Shown here one piece after another: positions 36,532 through 44,815 of a stretch of 64,000 nt of DNA (its first letter is position 1; the number at the start of each line of letters is the position of its first letter). The stretch covers positions 4,893 through 68,892 of the forward strand of contig JAFTID010000048.1 in NCBI GenBank assembly GCA_017457085.1, in the 5' to 3' direction. Both the position numbers and the translations under genes were made by a program. The DNA is from Phascolarctobacterium sp. GTDB taxonomy: Bacteria; Bacillota; Negativicutes; Acidaminococcales; Acidaminococcaceae. The notes beneath the pieces are model-generated. The model worked only from the letters and a program-made list of their open reading frames with translations, was not told the origin of the DNA and ran no database searches.

Positions 36532-37379
36532 TGGGAGCTGACTTTATGTCTGAGGGTGTTATCGAACTTAAAAATTTAACTATTGGTTATGGCGAGCGCC
36601 ACGTGCTTTCTAATGTTAACGCTACCATTCAAACTGGCGAGATTGTTGGCATAATTGGTCGTAATGGCGCAGGCAAAAGTACCTTGCTGAAAACAATCCG
36701 TGGTATTTTGCCCAAGCATAGCGGCGAAGTGCTGTTCTTCCATAAAAAATTAGAAGATTACCACGAAAAGGAACTTGCCTGTAAGGTTGCCTATTTGCAA
36801 CAGCACGTTGAGGTTGGCTTTGGTTACACGGGTCAGGACATTGTTCTTGCTGGTCGTTATCCATATATGAAGTGGTACGAGAGTGAAAGTGAAGCAGATA
36901 AACAGCTTGCCTTAGATTGCATGGACTACACTGGTACTTTGGAACTGGCAGATACTCCTGTTACAGAAGTTAGTGGTGGTCAAAAGCAACGCATTCTTTT
37001 AGCGAAGGTTTTAGCACAACAGACACCCATCTTATTTTTGGATGAACCTACTACCGGTCTAGATATGGTTTATCAGGAAGAAATTTTCCGTTTTGCTAAG
37101 GAGCTTGCTCAAATGGGTAAGACTATTCTGATGGTAGTACACGAGCTTAATTTTGCAGCTAAGTATTGCAGTCGCATCCTTCTTTTAGGTGAGGGCAAGC
37201 TTTTAGCTGATGCACCACCTGAAGCTGCATTTACGGAAGAACTTTTAAGTAGAGCCTACGATGCTGACATTCAGGTAACACGTAATCCGTTGAATAATAA
37301 TTTGGAAATTACAACCAAGGTTAACGCCAAGGAAAAGGCAAAGGAAAATGCTTTGCTCCAAAAAATCTGTAACTTTTAG
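36531..37379 (+). CDS. ABC import ATPase (FepC/BtuD/HmuV-like)
   Basis: Walker A GRNGAGKST, signature VSGGQKQR, Walker B LFLDEPTTGLD. ATG alternatives at 36531 and 36546. Confidence 0.9.
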   Translation: MGADFMSEGVIELKNLTIGYGERHVLSNVNATIQTGEIVGIIGRNGAGKSTLLKTIRGILPKHSGEVLFFHKKLEDYHEKELACKVAYLQQHVEVGFGYTGQDIVLAGRYPYMKWYESESEADKQLALDCMDYTGTLELADTPVTEVSGGQKQRILLAKVLAQQTPILFLDEPTTGLDMVYQEEIFRFAKELAQMGKTILMVVHELNFAAKYCSRILLLGEGKLLADAPPEAAFTEELLSRAYDADIQVTRNPLNNNLEITTKVNAKEKAKENALLQKICNF

Positions 37380-37420
37380 TTTTATAGGCTTACTGCCTAA
37401 AATAAAAAGGAGTGATTTGT

Positions 37421-38419
37421 ATGAAATTGAATATGAAAAAAATGTTAGCAATGGGTTTGTTGTGTATGGTAGGCTGTGGCTTTGCAGCTGTTGGTAATGC
37501 CGGTAGCTTCCAGCTTAGCGAAGATGTTAAGGCTCCTACCGTTGCTTTGAAGCAAGCTGCACAAGTTGGTCTGCTCACTCACGAAACTGCAGCGCTGCAA
37601 AACTTGGAAAACAAAGATGCCATCCTTGTAATGAGTTTTGGTACCACCGTTAAAGAAACTCGCGAAAAAAATATCAATGCCACCGTTAATGCAATTAAAG
37701 CTTTGTATCCTGACACCAAGGTTGTGCTTGCCTTTACCTCCCACATCATCATCGACAGAGTAAACGCTAACGAAGGCTTGGTTATCCCCACTCCGGAAGA
37801 AGCTTTGGCACAGCTGAAAGCAGAAGGCTACACTCGTGTTGCCATGACTTCCTTGGATATCATTCCCGGAATTGAATACGATTACAAAAAAGCAGTGTTC
37901 AATCTGCACAAGAACGATTTCAAAAAAGTTACCTTCGGTACTCCGTTGATGTACTGGCAAGGTCAAGAAGATAAAGACGATGATGTTGCTGATGCTATGC
38001 AAGCAGTAGCAACTCAATTCCCGGAAACTGGTAAAAAAGATGCAGTGCTGATTATGGCACATGGTACCCCCCATCCGGCAAATGCTTACTACGCTGTAAT
38101 GCAAGATAAACTGGAAGCTTTAGGCTACAAAAATGCTTTGCTGTTCTCCGTTGAAGGCTGGCCTAATTTTGAAAACGTTCTGGAAGAATTGAAGGAAAGA
38201 AAAATTAAGAACGTAACCATGATGCCCTTGATGATGGTTGCTGGTGACCACGCTATGAATGACATGGCTGGTGATGAAGAAGATTCCTTTAAATCTATGT
38301 TGATTAAAGAAGGCTTTAAGGTTGATACCTACCTTCACGGCTTGGGCGAAAACAGCGCAGTACAAAACCTCTTTGTAAAAAAAGCAAGCCAAGCTTGGGA
38401 AGCATTGCAAGCAAAATAA
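37421..38419 (+). CDS. cbiK: Exported CbiK-family (class II) chelatase-like protein
   Basis: The ATG at 37421 follows AAGGAG by 8 nt. N-terminal signal peptide MKLNMKKMLAMGLLCMVGCGFAAVG, with a possible lipobox. The CbiK core includes ILVMSFGTTVKETREKNI, AFTSHIIIDRV and MAHGTPH. Confidence 0.8.
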   Translation: MKLNMKKMLAMGLLCMVGCGFAAVGNAGSFQLSEDVKAPTVALKQAAQVGLLTHETAALQNLENKDAILVMSFGTTVKETREKNINATVNAIKALYPDTKVVLAFTSHIIIDRVNANEGLVIPTPEEALAQLKAEGYTRVAMTSLDIIPGIEYDYKKAVFNLHKNDFKKVTFGTPLMYWQGQEDKDDDVADAMQAVATQFPETGKKDAVLIMAHGTPHPANAYYAVMQDKLEALGYKNALLFSVEGWPNFENVLEELKERKIKNVTMMPLMMVAGDHAMNDMAGDEEDSFKSMLIKEGFKVDTYLHGLGENSAVQNLFVKKASQAWEALQAK

Positions 38420-38453
38420 AAATTACTTTAAAAAATTGTTAGGTTAATAATTT

Positions 38454-38488
38454 AGAACCCTCTACCGCATTGGTGGAGGGTTCTTTGT
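38454..38488 (+). terminator. Intrinsic terminator
   Basis: AGAACCCTCTACC...GGTGGAGGGTTCT followed by TTGT. Confidence 0.65.
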
Positions 38489-38531
38489 CTAGAAAAAGTG
38501 CTTTAATTGTGAAGAAGTGTCGTTTTACCCC

Positions 38532-38562
38532 TTGAGTATATACCAACTATATAGTTTATAAT
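38532..38562 (+). promoter_or_regulatory. Regulon-type promoter P10, heading the ECF/cbi operon
   Basis: TTGAGT-ATATACCAACTATATAGTT-TATAAT, 19-bp spacer. Confidence 0.6.
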
Positions 38563-38626
38563 TACCCAATATAATGGAGGGAATATTTTCTCCGAAATAT
38601 TGGCAAGCGATATAAGGAGGCTTTTT

Positions 38627-39229
38627 ATGAAAAAGTTTTTAGTGATGATATGTACTTTAGTAGCAATGTTAGTCTTAAACGGTAACGCTTTTGCCAATAA
38701 CCCTGTACCTCAGCCGAACCAAGACCCTATGAACTGGCAAATTAGTATGATGCCGGAGCCTACTGCCGAAGAAATTGAAGCTGCTCGTTGGAGCGTGGTA
38801 GTTGAAAATGATTTGGGTGTTTACGCCTACGATATGGGTTCCTTGGATTTTGGCAAGGATAAAAAAGATGAGTACGATAAAAATATCGTTAATGTTCTGG
38901 TAAAGACTGTGTTTACCAATAAAGATGTCCTGAAAAAATTAAAACAGGACTACGCTACCAAGCTTGAGGGTAAGGAAAAGGTTTTATATTGCAAAATGGA
39001 TATGCAATATAAGATGAAGGAAAAGACCTACACCGTTAAGACCATGCAAGTTTTTACCAACACCGATAGACAAATTGACGTGAAGAAGAATAAAAATAAA
39101 TTTGCTCCCATTCCGGAAAAATCTTTTGCAGAAGCACTGTATGAGGTTTGCCAAAAATTCGTTGCAGACGTAGAAGCAGCAGAACTGGCAATGCAGGAAC
39201 AAGCTGCCAAGGAAGCGAGTAAAAAATAG
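38627..39229 (+). CDS. Secreted hypothetical protein
   Basis: The ATG at 38627 follows AAGGAGG. Signal peptide MKKFLVMICTLVAMLVLNGNAFA. No recognisable family. Confidence 0.6.
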   Translation: MKKFLVMICTLVAMLVLNGNAFANNPVPQPNQDPMNWQISMMPEPTAEEIEAARWSVVVENDLGVYAYDMGSLDFGKDKKDEYDKNIVNVLVKTVFTNKDVLKKLKQDYATKLEGKEKVLYCKMDMQYKMKEKTYTVKTMQVFTNTDRQIDVKKNKNKFAPIPEKSFAEALYEVCQKFVADVEAAELAMQEQAAKEASKK

Positions 39230-39244
39230 TTAAGGAAATTCAAG

Positions 39245-40900
39245 ATGAAAATTTTTACATTGGTATTACTGCTTTTGACTTATGTGCAGGTGGCTTGCGC
39301 CAGTATGAAGCTGGAAGCGGTGTATCCTTATCATTTGGAAAAGAAGGGTATTGAAACTGTTTTTGAGGAAAGTACCGTTCCTCTTTATGTGAACATCGTT
39401 AACTCTGGTAATGCTGCTCCCATTGAAACAGAAGTAAAGATTACCTTGACTGAGGGGTTCAAGCCTGTTGTAGATAACAAGTGGCAGGCTAAGACCATTG
39501 GCGATAAAACCATTGTTACTACCAAGTGGCTGCTGCCTCAAGATTACGGACAAACCTTTGATTTGCTCTACGTGGAAGCTCAAGAGGACGTTCCTTTTGG
39601 CAAGAAGCAGGTGCTTGTAGAAGCAAAGAGTGGTGCGTGGCAGGAAAGCAAGCTTTTAAGCTTCACCTACGAGGCGGGGCAGAAGGCTGCCGTGGAAATT
39701 CCCAAGGGCAAGAAAAAATTAGATAAGAAAAAATTTAACTGGTATATCCAAAGCATTACCTTTCCTGTAGATAACTTAGGTTTAAAGGATGACAGAGCAG
39801 AAGCTGGCGTAATTTATGTACGCGACACTTCTTTAGAAGGCTTCCGCAATCGCATGACGGGGGAGGGGGCAACAAGCTGGTCTTCCGTTTTTAACCATCC
39901 TGCAGCTCACTTGCTCTTAGAATTGCGCAATCCCCAAAGTGATGTACGTGTCTTGAAGTTCAAGGCAGAGCTGACGGACAAAAATACTGGCGAGCCTATG
40001 CCAGGTTTATGTGTGGCTGGTAGTGTTGACGATGATGAAGCCCAAGGCTGGCAAGAAAAAAATAAAGCAAACGATGCGACTACGGCGCTGATTTCTTTAG
40101 ACGGCAACAAGGCACCGCGATTTATTCTTCCTTTATATATAGACTATCTGAATGTTTTAGAGGGTGAATATAATCTGCGTGTTACCCTTTCCGGCGGTGG
40201 GCAGGAAAAGCTTTACGAAGCACCCATCGTTATTGCCAAGAAACATAGCATCGGACTTTTTGCCGTAGGCTTCGCCTTTACCTGCTTGGCTCTTGTTTTG
40301 GCATGCAGCTACAAAATTAAGAACACCATTTACGCCATCGGAGCAAAGGGTGCAATCACGGTTGCTCTGTTTGCTGCTATTGCCTTTGGCGGAATTACTT
40401 TGCCCACTACCATTTTGGGCGACTTGCTCCACGTTTTCTTAGGACCTTTTTCTGGACTAGTGACTGGGCTTTTGAACGGGGTACTGCAATATCTTTTGAT
40501 AGTTTCTCTTTTGGTGCTGTTTCGTGCGCCGGGAGTTTTAAGCTTGATGTTCGTAGTGAAGTTCATGCTTTCAGGCTTGATGTTTGGTCACTTTTCTCCA
40601 CTAGGTGTGTTAAGCTGCTGCGTTTACATCGTAGTTTTGGAAGCTACCTTATATTTCTGTGGCTTCTATAAAAATGATACCAAGGGTAATTACATGCTGC
40701 TTTTGTGCTTTATGCTTGGGGTAGCAGATGCGTTCATTACCTTTATCAATTTGGAACAGATGATGTTCTTCTACCGTCTGTATTATGCAGATTGGTATTT
40801 AGCTTTATATATGTTGATTAACGGCTTGCTTTATAGCAGTGTGGGCAGCTGGCTCGGAATTAAAACGGGCTTAAAGCTGCGACAGGTAATGGGGGAATAG
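39245..40900 (+). CDS. Membrane protein: signal peptide, extracytoplasmic domain of about 330 aa, and a C-terminal polytopic domain (candidate ECF S-component)
   Basis: 551 aa. MKIFTLVLLLLTYVQVACA, then a beta-rich soluble region. From about residue 335 there are roughly six hydrophobic segments by eye. It lies immediately upstream of EcfA-A' and EcfT-like genes. Confidence 0.5.
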   Translation: MKIFTLVLLLLTYVQVACASMKLEAVYPYHLEKKGIETVFEESTVPLYVNIVNSGNAAPIETEVKITLTEGFKPVVDNKWQAKTIGDKTIVTTKWLLPQDYGQTFDLLYVEAQEDVPFGKKQVLVEAKSGAWQESKLLSFTYEAGQKAAVEIPKGKKKLDKKKFNWYIQSITFPVDNLGLKDDRAEAGVIYVRDTSLEGFRNRMTGEGATSWSSVFNHPAAHLLLELRNPQSDVRVLKFKAELTDKNTGEPMPGLCVAGSVDDDEAQGWQEKNKANDATTALISLDGNKAPRFILPLYIDYLNVLEGEYNLRVTLSGGGQEKLYEAPIVIAKKHSIGLFAVGFAFTCLALVLACSYKIKNTIYAIGAKGAITVALFAAIAFGGITLPTTILGDLLHVFLGPFSGLVTGLLNGVLQYLLIVSLLVLFRAPGVLSLMFVVKFMLSGLMFGHFSPLGVLSCCVYIVVLEATLYFCGFYKNDTKGNYMLLLCFMLGVADAFITFINLEQMMFFYRLYYADWYLALYMLINGLLYSSVGSWLGIKTGLKLRQVMGE

Positions 40901-40903
40901 TTA

Positions 40904-42559
40904 ATGTTAAAAATTGAAGAGCTGTCCTATCGTTACCAAAGCCGTGAAAATTTTACCTTACAAAAAATTAACCTCCAGCTTGCCCGTGGTGAGATGCTTC
41001 TTTTGGCAGGGCGTAGTGGCTGTGGCAAAAGTACTTTGATTAAAGCTATCAGCGGCTTGCTTAATAATAATGACAAGGGCGAGTTGGTTGGCAAGATTTT
41101 TTTGGAGAATGAAGATATTACTAACTTTTCTCCGGAAAAGATTGGCATTATGGTTGGTACTGTGTACCAATCTCCTGATGACCAGCTTTTTGCCATGACT
41201 GTTGCTGATGAAGTCGGTTTCGCTTTGGAAAACCAAGGTCTTGAACCTGACTACATTCGTGAGCAGGTAAGTGAAACCTTGCGTTTGGTAGGCTTGGCTG
41301 GCTTTGAAAGTTACAGCATTCACCAGCTTAGTGGTGGTCAACGGCAACGTTTGGCTCTGGCTTCCATCTTGATTACCAAACCACGTCTATTAATTTTAGA
41401 CGAGCCTGTCAGCCAGATGAACCCTCAAGGTGTGCAAGACTTTCTGAATTTACTTTTGAAGCTTAATCGCGAAGAAAAGATTGCCATTTTAATGGTGGAA
41501 CATCGTGTAAATGAGCTTGCCGGCTATTTTAAACGTCTTGCCGTAATGCAAGCAGGCAAAATAATTTACGATGGAGCCATTGAAAATGCTTGGAGCCTTT
41601 TGGACGGCAAGGAAGATGTTGGCTTACGTGAACCACAAAACGTAAAGCTGTGTCGTGTCTTGAAGCTTTCTGCTTTATCCAGCATTCACCAAAAGGTTGT
41701 AAGCCTTATTAAAAATGAATGCTCTATTTTAGAAAAGGGCAAGGCTACTTGCAAAACTTGTTGTGCTCCCGAAGAAAAGCTTGTGGAAGTGCAAAAGCTT
41801 CATTATAAATATCCCGGTGCTGTTCAGGAAACACTGCACGGTTTAAATTTTGAACTTTGCAAAAAACAGATTACTGCCTTAATGGGCTTCAACGGTGCTG
41901 GCAAAAGTACCTTGATGAATTTGCTGGGTGGGCTCACTTCCGTAGAAGAAGGAAAAATATTTTTAACAGGCTCTCCCATTCACAAGGAGCTTGGCAAAAT
42001 TGGTTACCTTCGTCAGGAACCGGACTTAATGCTTTTGGCAGACACTGTTCTAGAAGAATTGTGCTGGAAAAATAAAACCATTACTGCTCAGGAAGTGGAA
42101 GCACTTTTAGTAAAACTGAACTTAGAAGCTTACGCCCACGATTTTCCCTTAGCTTTAAGTAAGGGGCAACGCCTGAGAGTTGTCTTGGGGGCAATGCTTG
42201 CTAAGAAACCACAACTTTTGCTTTTGGACGAGCCTACTACTGGGCAGGACGAGCAAAGTTTAACGGAAATAAAGAAGCTGCTTTTAGATTATAAAAATTC
42301 TGGTGGCTGCGTGTTTATCTGCACTCATGACGTAGAGCTGGCGACAGAAGTTGCCGATAGGGTAATTGTTCTGAACCAAGGCAAGATTATCGCCGATGCG
42401 CCTACGGAAAAAGTGTTGAGCAACAGGGAACTTCTGCACGCAGGTGGCTTGGCTGCTTCCAGTTTGCTAGATGTGTGCGAAGAAATTAGCGTACCACCGT
42501 GTATTTCAGCAGAGGAGGTGAAGCGTTATGTCAGTACGTCAGCTGTGGGAAGGCACTGA
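40904..42559 (+). CDS. ECF/CbiO-type ATPase with two fused ABC domains
   Basis: 551 aa. Two Walker A motifs (GRSGCGKST, GFNGAGKST), two signature motifs (LSGGQRQR, LSKGQRLR) and two Walker B motifs. Confidence 0.85.
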   Translation: MLKIEELSYRYQSRENFTLQKINLQLARGEMLLLAGRSGCGKSTLIKAISGLLNNNDKGELVGKIFLENEDITNFSPEKIGIMVGTVYQSPDDQLFAMTVADEVGFALENQGLEPDYIREQVSETLRLVGLAGFESYSIHQLSGGQRQRLALASILITKPRLLILDEPVSQMNPQGVQDFLNLLLKLNREEKIAILMVEHRVNELAGYFKRLAVMQAGKIIYDGAIENAWSLLDGKEDVGLREPQNVKLCRVLKLSALSSIHQKVVSLIKNECSILEKGKATCKTCCAPEEKLVEVQKLHYKYPGAVQETLHGLNFELCKKQITALMGFNGAGKSTLMNLLGGLTSVEEGKIFLTGSPIHKELGKIGYLRQEPDLMLLADTVLEELCWKNKTITAQEVEALLVKLNLEAYAHDFPLALSKGQRLRVVLGAMLAKKPQLLLLDEPTTGQDEQSLTEIKKLLLDYKNSGGCVFICTHDVELATEVADRVIVLNQGKIIADAPTEKVLSNRELLHAGGLAASSLLDVCEEISVPPCISAEEVKRYVSTSAVGRH

Positions 42560-43403
42560 TGCTGCACCTTGGATGCAGAAATTAAATGGTCGTACAAAAT
42601 TGATTGTGCTGTTTCTATTCGCCATCCTCACCATTACCATTGATAACCCTCGTAGTTTGTTTGTGCTTTTTTCAATTACGCTGCTCTTGCACGTGGCGGC
42701 AAAGACTTCCATTTATAAATGGAAGGTGCTGGCAATCTTACTGCTTCTTGGTTTGTGGGGTAGCATGTTCAGTCAGGCACTGTTCTTTGCTCAAAGCACG
42801 CGCACTCCTCTTTTTGTCTTGATTGAACCAAATGCAGGCTTTCTTGGAACTTTGACAGGCGGTCTTTACGTTTACAGGGAAGGCATTCTGTACGGGGCGG
42901 TGCAGGGCTTACGCTCTGCAAGCATGATGAGCTTGGGACTTTTGGTGTGCTGGACCAGTGACCCGCGCCAATTACTACAAGCCTTGATTGCGTGGCGCCT
43001 TTCTCCACAAATCGCCTTTATGTTGGTTACGGCAATCCGTTTTTTACCGGTATTGGCAGCAGAAACTGGCGAGGTAATTACTGCCCTACAGTTACGCAGT
43101 GATAGTCATAGTGGTAGAACGGCTGTTATCCGTCATTTACCCTATATTGCTAAACCACTGCTTGCCCGTTGTCTAAGACGTGCCCAAACTTTGGCGCTTT
43201 CTGTTGTCAGCAGGGGCTTCTTCCTTGCCAACGCCAATAAGCAGGCAAACTTGTGGGATTGGCGAGAAAAGCTTTGCTGCATTTCCTTGAGCCTTTTAGT
43301 TGCTGTGATTGTCAGCAGTAAAATTTCTTATCTTTTGTCGGAGCAAGGCTTTTACTTTGGCGTGCTAAGACAAGCTTATGATTGGACGAAATTATACTTA
43401 TGA
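42528..43403 (+). CDS. ECF transporter T-component (CbiQ/EcfT family)
   Basis: 291 aa, polytopic, with C-terminal RRAQTLALSVVSRGF typical of EcfT/CbiQ. Overlaps the ATPase gene; an alternative start is at 42573. Confidence 0.7.
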   Translation: MSVRQLWEGTDAAPWMQKLNGRTKLIVLFLFAILTITIDNPRSLFVLFSITLLLHVAAKTSIYKWKVLAILLLLGLWGSMFSQALFFAQSTRTPLFVLIEPNAGFLGTLTGGLYVYREGILYGAVQGLRSASMMSLGLLVCWTSDPRQLLQALIAWRLSPQIAFMLVTAIRFLPVLAAETGEVITALQLRSDSHSGRTAVIRHLPYIAKPLLARCLRRAQTLALSVVSRGFFLANANKQANLWDWREKLCCISLSLLVAVIVSSKISYLLSEQGFYFGVLRQAYDWTKLYL

Positions 43404-44815
43404 ATAAATTAAAGGGGTGGCTTGCCCTCGTAATTTTAGCAGTGAGCTGGTGCGCGCTGTATTGGATTACGGGGAGTCGAACACCATGGAACCAATTTAA
43501 TACTGGAAGTAATGAGCAGGGAGTGAGTGCTTACTTAGGCGATATTCCTGTTATCAATTACGATCGTATGGGTTTTACCAAAGCCATTGTGCGTTACATT
43601 AAAGCGGAAGATGGTTGGCTGGTAGGTACGGAACGGGGCGAGCTATTCCTTTTCAATAACGAAGGGCGTGCCTTGTGGAAACGTTCTCTTGGTATTGGCA
43701 AGCTTATTTCCGTGTGCATCAGCAACGATACCAAAACAGCTTACATTGGCGAAGCCAGTCCTGAAGGTAGCCTTTTCGCCATTAATGTGAAAACTGGCGA
43801 TATCATTTGGCAACACAAGGCTTCTGATTTTGTAGGTACGGAGGCTTCCCTGCGTTCCCATCCTTCTATCGTGCATATTGCCGTGGATAAAGAGGATAAT
43901 GTTTTTGCCAACTGCTATCGTTTCAAGATGACTAAGGACGGAACCAGAAGCTACAGCGCAAAAATGTTAGCCATTGAAAAAACTGGCCAGCTGTTGTGGG
44001 AATATCCCACCCATGAAACTATCGACTGCTGGATAAACTGGTGTGACGTTAACGATAACAACGGTAAGGTTGTCATTTCCACATCTGCCTACGATTACAG
44101 ACCTGATATGAAATATAGGGACACCTTGTACTTTTTAGATAAGAAGACTGGTGAAAAGGTAAACTCCGTGTGGGTTCCTCCTGTTCCTCCCTTTGAGAAC
44201 ACTGTTGTCCGTAGTAGCCCAAACTATTCTAAAGACGGAAGATTTTTGGCGGCTTCCTGTAGTGACGGCAGGGGAATGCTTTTTGATGACATAGGCAACC
44301 TGCTGTGGACAAGGTTTGTTTCCGTTCCGGCAAATGTGGATAATACTTGGATTAATGCTTCCGGACGTGACGGTTTCGTTACGGATTACGGGGTAACATT
44401 TACTACTATCAACACCTTTAACCGTGAAAACTGGCAGTTACCTACACCTTTGGAGCATCCTAGTAATAATAGCATCTTCCTTTTCAGTTTAGATGGTGAG
44501 TTCAAATATCAGTTTAAGGCAGAGGGAACTATGGAAGAACTTGCCTTTGCTGATAATCTGGTCGCCTGCGCCGTAGGTCGTAATGTGCGTACTCACAACT
44601 ACGCAGCTCACGGAATGCTTTTAGTAGATTTGAAGGACGGCAAGGAAAAACTCTTTCACCATACAGAAGGACCTTGCCAAGCTATAGATATAAGTGCTGA
44701 CGGTAGTAAGGTTGCGGCTGTGGAAGCGCCTGTCTTAACACCCCAAGGAAAAATCTTGGGAGCGTATCGCCTGCATATTTGGGAGACTGGGTTAGGAGGT
44801 AAAGGCAATGATTAA
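43400..44815 (+). CDS. Membrane-anchored beta-propeller protein (PQQ/BamB-like repeats)
   Basis: ATGA overlap with the EcfT stop. N-terminal TM segment WLALVILAVSWCALYW. Repeated G-x-L/I-W and TG-x-x-W patterns are compatible with PQQ-like propeller blades. By eye only. Confidence 0.45.
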   Translation: MNKLKGWLALVILAVSWCALYWITGSRTPWNQFNTGSNEQGVSAYLGDIPVINYDRMGFTKAIVRYIKAEDGWLVGTERGELFLFNNEGRALWKRSLGIGKLISVCISNDTKTAYIGEASPEGSLFAINVKTGDIIWQHKASDFVGTEASLRSHPSIVHIAVDKEDNVFANCYRFKMTKDGTRSYSAKMLAIEKTGQLLWEYPTHETIDCWINWCDVNDNNGKVVISTSAYDYRPDMKYRDTLYFLDKKTGEKVNSVWVPPVPPFENTVVRSSPNYSKDGRFLAASCSDGRGMLFDDIGNLLWTRFVSVPANVDNTWINASGRDGFVTDYGVTFTTINTFNRENWQLPTPLEHPSNNSIFLFSLDGEFKYQFKAEGTMEELAFADNLVACAVGRNVRTHNYAAHGMLLVDLKDGKEKLFHHTEGPCQAIDISADGSKVAAVEAPVLTPQGKILGAYRLHIWETGLGGKGND

